Positions 28,271-37,793 are shown, numbered from the stretch's first letter. The stretch: 64,000 bases of DNA from an uncultured Myxococcales bacterium (GCA_965601515.1 CBFCWN010000006.1:2372-66371); one strand, 5' to 3'. Notes: generated from the sequence alone by a model not told the origin. A program made the numbers and translations.

Positions 28271-29680
28271 TCAGCGTCGATTCATGATGTGGACCGCTTC
28301 GCCGAGCGCGCTCTTGAACGCTTCCATCACGCCTTCGCCGAGAGTCGGGTGCGGATGAACCGTGAGAGCGACATCCTCGGCAAACGCATCCATCTCGAGC
28401 GCAAGTGCAGACTCGCTGATCAGGTCGCTCGCTTCGGGGCCGACGATCGCGACGCCGAGAAGCTTGTGGTCGTCCTCGTCGATGATCACTTTGATGAAGC
28501 CATCGGTCTCGCTCACCGCCATCGCTCGTCCCGACGCGGCGAATGGGAACTTACCGATCTTGACCTTCTTGCCCTGCGCCTTGGCCTGGTTTTCCGTCAG
28601 GCCAACCGTCGCGATCTCGGGGTCGGTGAAGATCGCTGCGGGCATGCCACGGTAGTCCGCCGCTGCTTTGTGGCCGGCGATGACTTCGGCGGCGATTTCG
28701 CCTTCCTTCGAGGCCTTGTGGGCGAGGTAGGGCGGGCCGGCGACGTCTCCGATGGCGAAGATGGTCGGCACGTTGGTGCGCATCTGTTCGTCGATGATGA
28801 TGTGGCCGCGTTCGTCGAGCTTCACCCCGACCTTTTCGAGGCCAATCCCCGCGGAGTTGGGTTTGAAGCCCACGGCGACCAACACTTTCTCCGCCTCGAT
28901 GACTTGCTGTTGGCCCTCGGTATCGATGGTCACCTTCGCTTTGCCGCCGCTCTTGGAGAGGCTCACCGCCTTGCTCTTGAGGTGCACGTCGGCGCCGCCC
29001 GCCTTGAGATGCTTCTGGACGACTTTGACGAGGTCCATGTCGGTTCCTGGCAGGAGTTGATCCATCAGCTCGACGACGGTGAGCTTCGTGCCGAGCTTTT
29101 GGTACACCATGCCGAGCTCGAGACCGATGACGCCGCCGCCGATGATCAGCATGCTCTCCGGCGCGCTTTGGAGGCTCACCGCTTCGCGGGCCGTGATGAC
29201 GGTCTCTCCGTCCGGCTCGAACCCGGGGATGGTGATCATCTGCGTGCCGGTCGCGACGATGATGCCCTTGGTGGCCGTGTAGGTCTCGGTCTTGCCTTCG
29301 GTGGTGACGACGTCGACGGTCGTTGGGCTGGTGACCGTCGCGGTGCCCATCACGATGTCGCCCTTGTTGCCTTTCACTAGGCTGGTCACGCCGCTCGTCA
29401 GTTTGTGGACGATGCCTTCCTTCCACTCCTGCATCTTGGCAACGTCGACCTCGAGGTCTTTGACGGTGATGCCCATGTGCTGAGCGTTCTTCACCTTGTT
29501 CGCGAGGTTGGCCGCGGCGATGAGCGCCTTCGATGGAATGCATCCCCAGTTGAGACACACGCCGCCCATGGCTTCCTGTTCGACACACAGCGTCTTGACG
29601 CCGAGCTGCCCCAGTCGAATGGCCGCGACGTAACCGCCAGGCCCCCCACCAATCACGATCGCTTCGTATTCATTCGCCAT
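28271..29680 (-). CDS. lpdA: Dihydrolipoyl dehydrogenase
   Basis: IVIGGGPGGYVAA FAD fold, redox disulfide GGVCLNWGCIPSK, and C-terminal HPHPTLGE. ATG at 29680 is chosen within the ORF reaching 29731. Confidence 0.95.
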   Translation of the reverse strand: MANEYEAIVIGGGPGGYVAAIRLGQLGVKTLCVEQEAMGGVCLNWGCIPSKALIAAANLANKVKNAQHMGITVKDLEVDVAKMQEWKEGIVHKLTSGVTSLVKGNKGDIVMGTATVTSPTTVDVVTTEGKTETYTATKGIIVATGTQMITIPGFEPDGETVITAREAVSLQSAPESMLIIGGGVIGLELGMVYQKLGTKLTVVELMDQLLPGTDMDLVKVVQKHLKAGGADVHLKSKAVSLSKSGGKAKVTIDTEGQQQVIEAEKVLVAVGFKPNSAGIGLEKVGVKLDERGHIIIDEQMRTNVPTIFAIGDVAGPPYLAHKASKEGEIAAEVIAGHKAAADYRGMPAAIFTDPEIATVGLTENQAKAQGKKVKIGKFPFAASGRAMAVSETDGFIKVIIDEDDHKLLGVAIVGPEASDLISESALALEMDAFAEDVALTVHPHPTLGEGVMEAFKSALGEAVHIMNRR

Positions 29681-29725
29681 CGCGCGGGAGTCTGAAACAC
29701 CCCCACCCCCCCGTCCACCACCCGG

Positions 29726-29794
29726 GGACACGCGGCCCCCCCAAAACCCATGTCTTTCCGGTCACCTGCAGACCAACCCGCGCACTTTGCCGCG
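29726..29794 (+). repeat. Solo copy of a roughly 69-nt intergenic repeat unit (same family as the arms of the 33181-33335 palindrome)
   Basis: Shares GGACACGC at the 5' end, a C-run plus AAAACC, and the identical 12-mer ACCAACCCGCGC with both arms of the element at 33181-33335. Confidence 0.6.
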
Positions 29795-29828
29795 ATGACA
29801 CCCCGAAAAGGGGCGCTATCCTCCACCC

Positions 29829-30269
29829 ATGCGCTACCTCCACACGATGATCCGCGTGAGCGACTTGGACGCATCGCTCGACTTCTACTGCAACAAGCTC
29901 GGGCTCGTCGAACACCGTCGTCGCGACAGCGACGTGGGCCGGTACACGCTCGTGTTTTTGTGTGCACCGGAGGATCGGGGCCGAGCGGAGAGCGAAGCAT
30001 CGCCGCTGATCGAGATTACGTACAACTGGGATCCAGAAGAGTACACGGGCGGTCGCAACTTCGGGCACCTCGCGTTCGAGACGCGGGACATCTACACGCT
30101 GTGCCAGGACCTCATGGACGGGGGAGTGACGATCCATCGGCCGCCGCGCGATGGGCGGATGGCGTTCATCCGTTCGCCGGATGGGATCTCGATCGAGCTG
30201 CTGCAAAAGGGCGAGGCGAAACAGCCGAAGGAGCCGTGGGCCTCGATGAAGAACACCGGGGCCTGGTAA
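29829..30269 (+). CDS. gloA: Lactoylglutathione lyase (glyoxalase I, VOC family)
   Basis: [20 protein letters not shown] start, GHLAFE, and [11 protein letters not shown]. Confidence 0.85.
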   Translation: MRYLHTMIRVSDLDASLDFYCNKLGLVEHRRRDSDVGRYTLVFLCAPEDRGRAESEASPLIEITYNWDPEEYTGGRNFGHLAFETRDIYTLCQDLMDGGVTIHRPPRDGRMAFIRSPDGISIELLQKGEAKQPKEPWASMKNTGAW

Positions 30270-30270
30270 G

Positions 30271-31290
30271 TCATCGGGGCGCCGCGCTGTCCCTGGCTTC
30301 CAGGCGAAGCTGACGCGGGGACTTGTCGAACCAGCGTCGGCAGCTTCGGCTGAGTGCAGACTGTTCGGTGTAATCGAGCAGCGCTGCGATTTGGGACATC
30401 GGAAGTCGGTCGTCGGCGAGGTAGCCGCGCGCTAGCTCAGACCGCGCTTCGTCTTTGAGGAGCTCGAACGTCTTGCCTTCCGCGCGGAGCTGACGTTGAA
30501 GCGTGCGAGGGTGCATCGCGAAGGCGGAGGCCACATCGGCGCATGAGGTCGAACCGGTGCCGAGCGACCGCTGGACGACGAGCTTCACGCGAATCGAAAG
30601 GGGGGTTCCCGGGTCTTCGTGGTGGGCGGCGAGATAGTCCTCGGCGAGCTCGCGCAGCTCGTGGCTTGCGTCGTGAATGGGCTCGGAGAGAAACGACGCG
30701 TCGAGCTCGACGGCGGCATCTTCGCAGTTGAACGTTACGGGCGCTTGAAAGTACCGTTCGTAGGCGGAGAGCTCGGCGGCACGGGCGTGGGCGAATCGGA
30801 TGCCGCGGAGCGCCTGGGGAGATGCGGCGAGGAGGCTAATCGTTCGTGCCGCAAGCCCGACGCTTAGCTCGGTCACCTGGACGGCGCGGCCGATTCGATC
30901 GAGGAGGATACGGAAGACGAGGTGCACCCGATCGGACCGCTCGGCAACGTGCGGTGTGAAGGAGATCGCGGGGCTATGGACGAACATGTAGCGCGACGCG
31001 GTCTGCATCGCTTCGCCGAGGTTGTCGCAGTTGCGCACGGCGACGCCGAGTGGTCCGAGGATGCCGATGTCTTGTCGTGTGGATAGGCGGAGTCCGAAGT
31101 CCGGGCAGTCGAGCTCGCGCGCCGTGTTCTCGAGCAAGCCGATGAGGGACGCATACGAGACGAACGCCTGCGGGTCGTCGAGGAGCGTCGGGCCGATGCG
31201 AAAGCGTTCGAGAAGGGCGGCGGGCTCGCCTCCAAGCTCGGTGACCAACTCTCGGTATCCACTTAGGCCGGAGGCCCGAACCATCGTCAT
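30271..31290 (-). CDS. AraC family transcriptional regulator
   Basis: C-terminal double HTH (HPRTLQRQLRAEGKTF...SQIAALLDYTEQSALSRSCRRWF) and an N-terminal AraC-type ligand-binding-like domain. Confidence 0.85.
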   Translation of the reverse strand: MTMVRASGLSGYRELVTELGGEPAALLERFRIGPTLLDDPQAFVSYASLIGLLENTARELDCPDFGLRLSTRQDIGILGPLGVAVRNCDNLGEAMQTASRYMFVHSPAISFTPHVAERSDRVHLVFRILLDRIGRAVQVTELSVGLAARTISLLAASPQALRGIRFAHARAAELSAYERYFQAPVTFNCEDAAVELDASFLSEPIHDASHELRELAEDYLAAHHEDPGTPLSIRVKLVVQRSLGTGSTSCADVASAFAMHPRTLQRQLRAEGKTFELLKDEARSELARGYLADDRLPMSQIAALLDYTEQSALSRSCRRWFDKSPRQLRLEARDSAAPR

Positions 31291-31374
31291 CCCGCGCTCC
31301 CTCTGTCGCGAAAAGATAAAAAAATGTCGGGCTGAGTCAAGTCAGGGAGCGCCGATGGTGCCATCATCCGACCT
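31291..31374. promoter_or_regulatory. Divergent intergenic control region with an AT-rich island
   Basis: 84 nt between the divergent AraC regulator and amidohydrolase genes. aaaagataaaaaaatg (31311-31326) is 15/16 A/T in a GC-rich genome. No confident -35/-10 assignment. Confidence 0.3.
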
Positions 31375-33180
31375 ATGACCCAGACCACGCTCATCAAGAA
31401 CGGCCTCTACTTCGATGGGAAGGGCTCGCCAGGCGCCCGGAAGAACCTGCTCGTGCGCGACGGGCGAGTCGCTGAAGTCTCCGACGCGGAGATACCGGTT
31501 CCCGCGGATGCGAAGGTGATCGACGCGGATGGCAAGTGGGTGATGCCGGGATTCATCGACATTCACACGCACTACGACGCAGAGATCGAAGCGATTCCGT
31601 CGCTCCACGAATCGCTTCGGCATGGCTTTACGACGGTGTTCATGGGGAGCTGCTCGCTCAGCACGGCCGTCGGCGATGCGACCGACATCGCGGACATGTT
31701 CACGCGCGTCGAGGGTATTCCGTATGAGCATCTTTTGCCGCTCATGAAGGAGACGAAGACTTGGGAGACGCATGCGGAATACGCCGAGCATCTCGAAAGT
31801 CTTCCGTTGGGGCCGAACGTGTCGTCGTTCGTTGGCTACTCTGCAGTGCGCTCGAAGGTCATGGGGCTCGAACGCGCGCTCGATGCGAAGGTGAAGCCCA
31901 CCGAAGAAGAGCTTCAGGAGATGGAGCGCTTGATCGAGGAAGGGTACGAAGCCGGATATCTCGGGCTTTCCCTCAACGGGCTCTACTGGGACAAGATGGG
32001 CGGCGATCGGTTTCGGAGTAAGTGCCTCCCGTCGACGTATGCGTCGTGGAAGGAGCTTCGCCGAATGGTTCGAGGCGTGCGGAAGCGCGGGCTCAACCTT
32101 CAGGCAATTCCGAACATTTCGACGAAGTACCAGATCTTCATCTACATGATGTTCAGCGCGGGCTTCTTCATGAGGGACGCGCTCAAGACCAGCATCGTCT
32201 CCATCATGGACATTCGCTCGAATCGCCTGATTTGGCGGGCGTTGAGCGCACTCGGCTGGGCGGTAAACAACGTCTTTCGAGGCAAGTTCCGCTACCAGTG
32301 CCTGCCGGTGATGTTCGACCTGTGGGCCGACGGGTTCGAAAACGTCGTCTTCGAGGAGTTTGGGGCGGGCGCGATGGGTCTGCACCTCGAGACGATGGCG
32401 GAGCGCCGAAAGCTGTTCAGGGATTCGAAGTATCGTCGCAAGTTCAACCGCCAGTGGAACAACCCGCTGATTCCGAAGGTGTTCCACCGCAACTTCGCCA
32501 TGGCGACGGTCGAACAGTGCCCCGACGAAACCCTGGTCGGAAAGACGTTCCGCGAGATTGCGGAGATTCAGGGCAAGTCGGAGGTCGACGCTTTTCTCGA
32601 CCTGTTGATCGACTACGGCAACGATCTCCGTTGGCACACGATCATGGGGAACGACAGGCCCAAGCCGCTCGCCACGCTCATCAGCAGCGATACCAGCCTC
32701 CTCGGATTTAGTGACGCCGGTGCGCACCTGCGAAACATGGCGTACTACAACTTCCCGCTTCGTATGTTGAAGTTCGTGAAGGACGCGGCCGATCAGGGCC
32801 AGCCCGTCATGCCGCTCGAGAAGGCGATCCACAAGCTCACCGGCGAAATTGGCGAGTGGTTTCAAGTGGACGCGGGCACGCTCGAGCCGGGCAGCCGGGC
32901 AGACGTCGTCGTCGTCGACCCCGAGCATCTCGACCAGCGCGTCGAGGAAATGCACGAGGCACCGATTCCGGAGCTCGGCGACTACGTCCGCCTCGTCCGC
33001 CGAAACCCCGACGCCGTCCCAGCGGTGCTGGTCAACGGAGTTCTCGTCGCCGAACAGGGCGAGGTCCTTCCCGAAATCGGCAAAACCAGGGGCGCGGGCC
33101 AGTTCCTCCGAGCCACCTCGAGCAACGCCCCAACAGCACTCGAGCCCGCCGCACCCCCCCTCCTAGAAGCCGCAGAATAG
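31375..33180 (+). CDS. Amidohydrolase family protein (N-acyl-D-amino-acid deacylase-like)
   Basis: LIKNGLYFDG...DGKWVMPGFIDIHTHYD (HxH metal site) N-terminus typical of D-aminoacylase-type amidohydrolases; 601 aa. Confidence 0.8.
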   Translation: MTQTTLIKNGLYFDGKGSPGARKNLLVRDGRVAEVSDAEIPVPADAKVIDADGKWVMPGFIDIHTHYDAEIEAIPSLHESLRHGFTTVFMGSCSLSTAVGDATDIADMFTRVEGIPYEHLLPLMKETKTWETHAEYAEHLESLPLGPNVSSFVGYSAVRSKVMGLERALDAKVKPTEEELQEMERLIEEGYEAGYLGLSLNGLYWDKMGGDRFRSKCLPSTYASWKELRRMVRGVRKRGLNLQAIPNISTKYQIFIYMMFSAGFFMRDALKTSIVSIMDIRSNRLIWRALSALGWAVNNVFRGKFRYQCLPVMFDLWADGFENVVFEEFGAGAMGLHLETMAERRKLFRDSKYRRKFNRQWNNPLIPKVFHRNFAMATVEQCPDETLVGKTFREIAEIQGKSEVDAFLDLLIDYGNDLRWHTIMGNDRPKPLATLISSDTSLLGFSDAGAHLRNMAYYNFPLRMLKFVKDAADQGQPVMPLEKAIHKLTGEIGEWFQVDAGTLEPGSRADVVVVDPEHLDQRVEEMHEAPIPELGDYVRLVRRNPDAVPAVLVNGVLVAEQGEVLPEIGKTRGAGQFLRATSSNAPTALEPAAPPLLEAAE

Positions 33181-33335
33181 GGACACGCAGGGCCCCGAAA
33201 ACCAACGCGATTTCGGCACCTTACAAACCAACCCGCGCGGTTCGCCGGCAGCGGAATGACTCAGCCGGGGCGAAACGCGCGGGTTGGTTTGTAAGTGGTT
33301 GGGATTGTTCGGGGTTTGGGGGCCCCGCGTGTCCC
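33181..33335. repeat. 155-nt compound palindrome made of two inverted copies of the roughly 69-nt repeat unit (REPIN-like); likely bidirectional terminator
   Basis: The outer arms GGACACGC (33181-33188) and GCGTGTCC (33328-33335) pair. The inner arms form a perfect 19-bp stem, TTACAAACCAACCCGCGCG (33221-33239) with CGCGCGGGTTGGTTTGTAA (33276-33294). The element fills the whole gap between two convergent genes. Confidence 0.75.
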
Positions 33336-34504
33336 TAATTGATTGATTCGAAGAGGCCGGCGGCGCCCATGCCTCCGCCGATGCACATCGTGACGACGGC
33401 GTACTTGCCGCCTCGGCGCTTGAGCTCGTTTAGGGCCGTTGCCGTGAGCTTGGCGCCGGTGCAGCCAAGCGGATGACCAAGCGCGATGGCGCCGCCGTTG
33501 ACGTTCAGCTTCTCGTTCGGGATGCCGAGCTCCTTCTGCACGTAGACGGCCTGGCTCGCGAACGCTTCGTTCACCTCGAAGACGTCGATGTCGTCGATGC
33601 TGAGGTCGTTCTTTCGGAGGAGCTTTTGCACCGCGGGGAGGGGACCGATGCCCATGATCGACGGGTCGACGCCAATCGTGACGAACGACTTGAAGAACGC
33701 CATCGGCTCGATGCCAAGCTTGTCGGCCCGGTCTTTCGTCATGACGATGGCGGCGGCCGCGCCGTCCGAGAGCGGTGACGAGTTGCCGGCCGTCACGCTG
33801 CCCTTGGCGTTGAACACCGGGCGAAGCTTCGCGAGACCCTCGACGGTGGTACCAGGTCGCGGCATCTCGTCGACTTTGAACTCGAACATCGTGCGCTCGC
33901 CGTGCTCGTCGAACTTCACCCCGTGCACCGGAACGATTTCGTTCTCAAACGCGCCGCGCTCGATGGCCGCAAGAGCCTTTTCGTGGCTCCATGCTGCGAA
34001 CTCGTCCTGCTCGGTCCGGCTGATGTTGAACCGCTGTGCAACGTTCTCCGCGGTGATGCCCATGGGCGTGTAGGTCTCGGGGTACTGCTCCATGACCTCG
34101 GGCGACATGCTCGGCTTGTTGCCGGTCATCGGCACCATGGTCATCGACTCCATTCCGCCCGCGACGACGACGTCGTCGAAACCCGCCTTCACCGAGCCCG
34201 CGGCAAGCGCAATCGATTGGAGCCCGCTCGAACAGAACCGGTTGATGGTCATGCCGGAGCTTTCCTCGGGAAGCCCGCCAAGTCGGCCCACCATGCGTGC
34301 GGCGTTCATGCCCTGCTCGCCTTCGGGGAACGCACACCCAAGCACCAGGTCCTCGACCGTATCGGGATCCACCTTCGGGTTCCGGGCCATCAGCCCGCGG
34401 ATGACCTCACCCGCAAGCTCATCCGGACGACGATTGGCCAGGGACCCCTTCTTTGCGCGACCGACCGCGCTTCGAACCGCATCTACCACGACGATGTCAC
34501 TCAT
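33335..34504 (-). CDS. Acetyl-CoA C-acyltransferase (thiolase, FadA-like)
   Basis: Active-site Cys context INRFCSSGLQS, plus NEAFA and GGAIALGHPLGCTGA. Confidence 0.95.
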   Translation of the reverse strand: MSDIVVVDAVRSAVGRAKKGSLANRRPDELAGEVIRGLMARNPKVDPDTVEDLVLGCAFPEGEQGMNAARMVGRLGGLPEESSGMTINRFCSSGLQSIALAAGSVKAGFDDVVVAGGMESMTMVPMTGNKPSMSPEVMEQYPETYTPMGITAENVAQRFNISRTEQDEFAAWSHEKALAAIERGAFENEIVPVHGVKFDEHGERTMFEFKVDEMPRPGTTVEGLAKLRPVFNAKGSVTAGNSSPLSDGAAAAIVMTKDRADKLGIEPMAFFKSFVTIGVDPSIMGIGPLPAVQKLLRKNDLSIDDIDVFEVNEAFASQAVYVQKELGIPNEKLNVNGGAIALGHPLGCTGAKLTATALNELKRRGGKYAVVTMCIGGGMGAAGLFESIN

Positions 34505-34537
34505 GTGTCTACTCCTGATTCCTAGCTAGGGCGCGGC

Positions 34538-36904
34538 CTAGTTCCGCAAAGGCTTGTTGGTGGTGAGCATGTGCTGCATGCGTTCCTGGCTCTTCGGCTC
34601 TCCGCAGAGGCTGATGAACGCCTCCCGCTCGAGCTCGAGCATCTGCTCTTCGGTGACCTCGTGCGCGTGACCCGACGGCCCGCCGCACAGGACGTTCGCA
34701 ACCTTCCGCGCGATGAGCGCATCGTGTTCGCTTGCAAAGCCTCCCGCGACCAGCGTGTCGATCGTCACGCCGAGCGTCGCGATGCCGCTCTCGCCGGGAA
34801 GCCGGTACGAACGCCGAGGCGGCGGGTGATACCCGGCCTCGGCCATGCCAATCGCGCGGCCCTTCGCCTCGGTGAGCAGTCGCGCCTTGTCGAACGAAAT
34901 GCTGTCGGTCTTTCGGAAGTAACCGAACTCGCGAGCCTCGCCCGCGCCGGTCGCGACGCGCGCCATCGCGATGTTCTCGAACGTACGAGCCACGAAGGGC
35001 AGGGTGTCGACGTCCGTGCCGTCAGGAATCCCTTCGAGCGCACGCCAGAGCATGTTCATGTTGCCCGCGCCGCCCGGCAGGAGCCCGACGCCGACCTCGA
35101 CGAGGCCCACGTACGTCTCCGAAGCCGCTTGGACCGCGTCGGCGCCCATGCAGACCTCGAATCCACCGCCCACCGTCATCCCGAACGGTGCCGCAACCAC
35201 CGGCACCGTCGAGTACTTCGTGCGTTGAAGCGCGCCCTGAAGCCCACTCACGGTTTCCCGAAGCTGGTCCCATGCCTTCTGCTGCGCGGCCATCACGACC
35301 GCGAACAAGTTGGCTCCGACGCAGAAGTGCGGACCCTCGTTGTAAATCACCATGCCGCGGAAGTCGGTTTCCGCGATGTCGGTCGCCTTGCTGATTCCCT
35401 CGACGACGGTGTCGTCGATGCTGTTGGCCTTCGTCGTGAATGTGAGCCCGAGGATGCCGTCGCCGAGGTCCCACGCCTGGGTTCCACGGTTTTCGTACAC
35501 GGCCGAATCGCCCCGACGCATGATCGTGAGCGACGCGTTGCGGGGATCGATGTCGCGCGCCTCGTACTCGCCGGTCACGAGACTGAAGACGCGACCGTCG
35601 TCGGTGTAGAAGCTCTCCGCGCCCGACGCCGCCATCTTGTCGATCGACTCGGGCACCGAAACGCCGTCGGCCTTCATGCGGTCGTACGCCGCCTTGAACC
35701 CGATCGCGTCCCAGGTCTCGAACGGGCCGAGATCCCAGTTGTAGCCCCACTTCATCGCGTCATCGACGGCTTCGACGCTGTCGGTGATCTCGGGAATCTT
35801 GAAGGCCGAGTAGGCGAGAGTGCGGGAAAGCACTTTCCACGCGAACGTCCCCGCGGGTCCGTCGTTCTCCACGAGCGCCTTCACGCGCTGCGCTGGGGAG
35901 CCCTTGAGGCTCTTGCAAAACTTCTTGATGTCGTCGTCGCCCGCTTTTGGTCGATACCCGAGCGTCACGGGATCGAACGTTTGGATTCCCTCTTTGGTCT
36001 TCTTGTAGAAGCCGCCGCGGGTCTTGTTCCCGAGGATTCCTTCCTCGACCATCTTCGCGAGGAAGTGGGGCGGCTTGAAGACGTCGCGCTCCGGGTCGTC
36101 GACGAGCGCTTCGTAGCAGTTGTCCGACACGTGCTTGAAGGTGTCGAGCCCGACCATGTCAGCCGTTCGGAAGCTCGCGCTCTTCGGGTGGCCCATCGGC
36201 GGCCCCGTAATCGCGTCGACGTCTTCCGGCGTGAGCTCCGCGTCGAGCATCTCGTTCATGGTGAACGACATCGAGTAGCAGCCGATGCGGTTCCCGACGA
36301 AGTTCGGTGTGTCTTTGCCGATGACGATGCCCTTGCCGAGCTGATCCTCGCCGAAGACCTTCATGCGCTCCATCACCGCCGGGTCGGTCTCTTCGCCCGA
36401 CACGAGCTCGAGAAGCTTCATGTACCGGACGGGGTTGAAGAAGTGCATCACCAGGAAGTTCTTCCGGAACGCGTCGCCACGCCCCTCGAGCATGTCCGCA
36501 ATGCGCAGCCCCGAGGTGTTCGACGCCACGACCGTCCCCTCATCGAGCGTGTTCTCGAGCTTCTCGAAGAGGCTCCGCTTGATGTCGACGTTCTCGATGA
36601 TCGCCTCGATGACGAGGTCGCACCCCTTGAGGAGATCGATGTCGTCTTCCAGGTTCCCGGTCGTCACCCGCTTTGCGTAGTTCTTGTGAAAGAACGCGGC
36701 GGGCTTCGCCTTGAGCGCGCCCTTGAGCCCCCCCTCTGCGAACCGGTTGCGGTTGGCTGGAATCTTCTTTTCGTCTTCGCTGAGCCCTGGGGGCACGATG
36801 TCGAGCATCACGACGTCGACACCGGCGTTCGCGAAGTGCGCCATGATGCCGCTGCCCATGACGCCCGCTCCGATGACACCTGCTCGCCGTACTGGTTTCG
36901 TCAT
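34538..36904 (-). CDS. 3-hydroxyacyl-CoA dehydrogenase / enoyl-CoA hydratase fusion protein
   Basis: N-terminal NAD fold VIGAGVMGSGIMAHFANAG and a C-terminal crotonase-like domain, about 788 aa. ATG at 36904 within the ORF reaching 36943. Upstream of thiolase in the same operon. Confidence 0.9.
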   Translation of the reverse strand: MTKPVRRAGVIGAGVMGSGIMAHFANAGVDVVMLDIVPPGLSEDEKKIPANRNRFAEGGLKGALKAKPAAFFHKNYAKRVTTGNLEDDIDLLKGCDLVIEAIIENVDIKRSLFEKLENTLDEGTVVASNTSGLRIADMLEGRGDAFRKNFLVMHFFNPVRYMKLLELVSGEETDPAVMERMKVFGEDQLGKGIVIGKDTPNFVGNRIGCYSMSFTMNEMLDAELTPEDVDAITGPPMGHPKSASFRTADMVGLDTFKHVSDNCYEALVDDPERDVFKPPHFLAKMVEEGILGNKTRGGFYKKTKEGIQTFDPVTLGYRPKAGDDDIKKFCKSLKGSPAQRVKALVENDGPAGTFAWKVLSRTLAYSAFKIPEITDSVEAVDDAMKWGYNWDLGPFETWDAIGFKAAYDRMKADGVSVPESIDKMAASGAESFYTDDGRVFSLVTGEYEARDIDPRNASLTIMRRGDSAVYENRGTQAWDLGDGILGLTFTTKANSIDDTVVEGISKATDIAETDFRGMVIYNEGPHFCVGANLFAVVMAAQQKAWDQLRETVSGLQGALQRTKYSTVPVVAAPFGMTVGGGFEVCMGADAVQAASETYVGLVEVGVGLLPGGAGNMNMLWRALEGIPDGTDVDTLPFVARTFENIAMARVATGAGEAREFGYFRKTDSISFDKARLLTEAKGRAIGMAEAGYHPPPRRSYRLPGESGIATLGVTIDTLVAGGFASEHDALIARKVANVLCGGPSGHAHEVTEEQMLELEREAFISLCGEPKSQERMQHMLTTNKPLRN

Positions 36905-37007
36905 ACTTCTCTCCTCGAGTTCGGGCGGGGGAACCTTCCGCAAGACGCGCGATAGCGCAAGCCGTTACGTCACACGCCCGGAGAATCGGCCGTTTGTAAG
37001 GAGTTGC

Positions 37008-37793
37008 CTACAGCGCCGCGACCAATTCGTCGTGAATCAGCCCGTTACTAGCCACCGCGCCGCCCCCGTAAATCGTATCTTCGCCCTTGAGCGAGCTGAA
37101 GGTGCCGCCAGCCTCTCGAATCAGCACCGCTGGCGCGCACACGTCGTAGGGTTGTACCCCGGGGTCGACCATCGCGTCCGAGCGTCCGAGCAGCACCTGC
37201 CGATAGCCGTCGAAATCCGGACAGCCGCGCGCGATGTCGCAGGCGTCGGCGAGCCGGAGGAGGGACTCGCCCATCCTCATCATCGTGAACTGCTGCAAGC
37301 CGCCGTGGGTCACTGTCGCGTCGCCGAGCGGTGCGACCTTCGATACGCGGACCGGCCGGCCGTTGTGTGTGGCGCCTCGTCCCTGCACGGCCACGAAAAA
37401 ATCGCGCGCCGCCGGCATGTACGCGATGCCGACGACCGGTACGCCCTCCGCCTCGAGGCCGAGCAACACAGACCACGTGGGAAATCCACGAACGAAGGCG
37501 CGCGTCCCGTCGATGGGATCAACGATGAAACGAAGCCCGGACGCGTCGCCGTGCGTCCCCGTCTCTTCGCCGAGGAAGCCCGCGGTCGGGTGCGCTTCGA
37601 GCACGTACGCGCGTATGATTTCCTCAGCTTCGCGATCCGCAATCGTGACCGGGCTTCGGTCCGGTTTCTTCTCCGGCACGACACCTTGCTGGAAATGTTT
37701 CAGGGCTGTATTCCCCGCGCGCAGAACGATCGCCTCGAGCGCCTGCAAGCCGTCGGTTCCTCCGATGCGCTCGATGTCGAAGTTGTTCGTCAT
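37008..37793 (-). CDS. Inositol monophosphatase family protein (possibly a HisN-type histidinol-phosphatase)
   Basis: FLGEETG, IVDPIDGTRAFV and WSVLLGL motifs. ATG at 37793 (MTNNFD) within the ORF reaching 37847. Confidence 0.8.
   Translation of the reverse strand: MTNNFDIERIGGTDGLQALEAIVLRAGNTALKHFQQGVVPEKKPDRSPVTIADREAEEIIRAYVLEAHPTAGFLGEETGTHGDASGLRFIVDPIDGTRAFVRGFPTWSVLLGLEAEGVPVVGIAYMPAARDFFVAVQGRGATHNGRPVRVSKVAPLGDATVTHGGLQQFTMMRMGESLLRLADACDIARGCPDFDGYRQVLLGRSDAMVDPGVQPYDVCAPAVLIREAGGTFSSLKGEDTIYGGGAVASNGLIHDELVAAL

Noticed and set aside
31342-32955. 537-aa minus-strand ORF opposite the amidohydrolase gene
   Set aside because: Shadow ORF. It has no recognisable domain and a low-complexity Arg/His/Pro-rich sequence, while the plus strand has an HxH amidohydrolase with a proper N-terminus.
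34571-36955. 794-aa ORF on the plus strand opposite the hydroxyacyl-CoA dehydrogenase gene
   Set aside because: It has the Arg/Ala/Pro/Gly/Leu-rich composition typical of antisense shadow ORFs in high-GC DNA and no motifs. The minus strand encodes a clearly recognisable enzyme across the same span.
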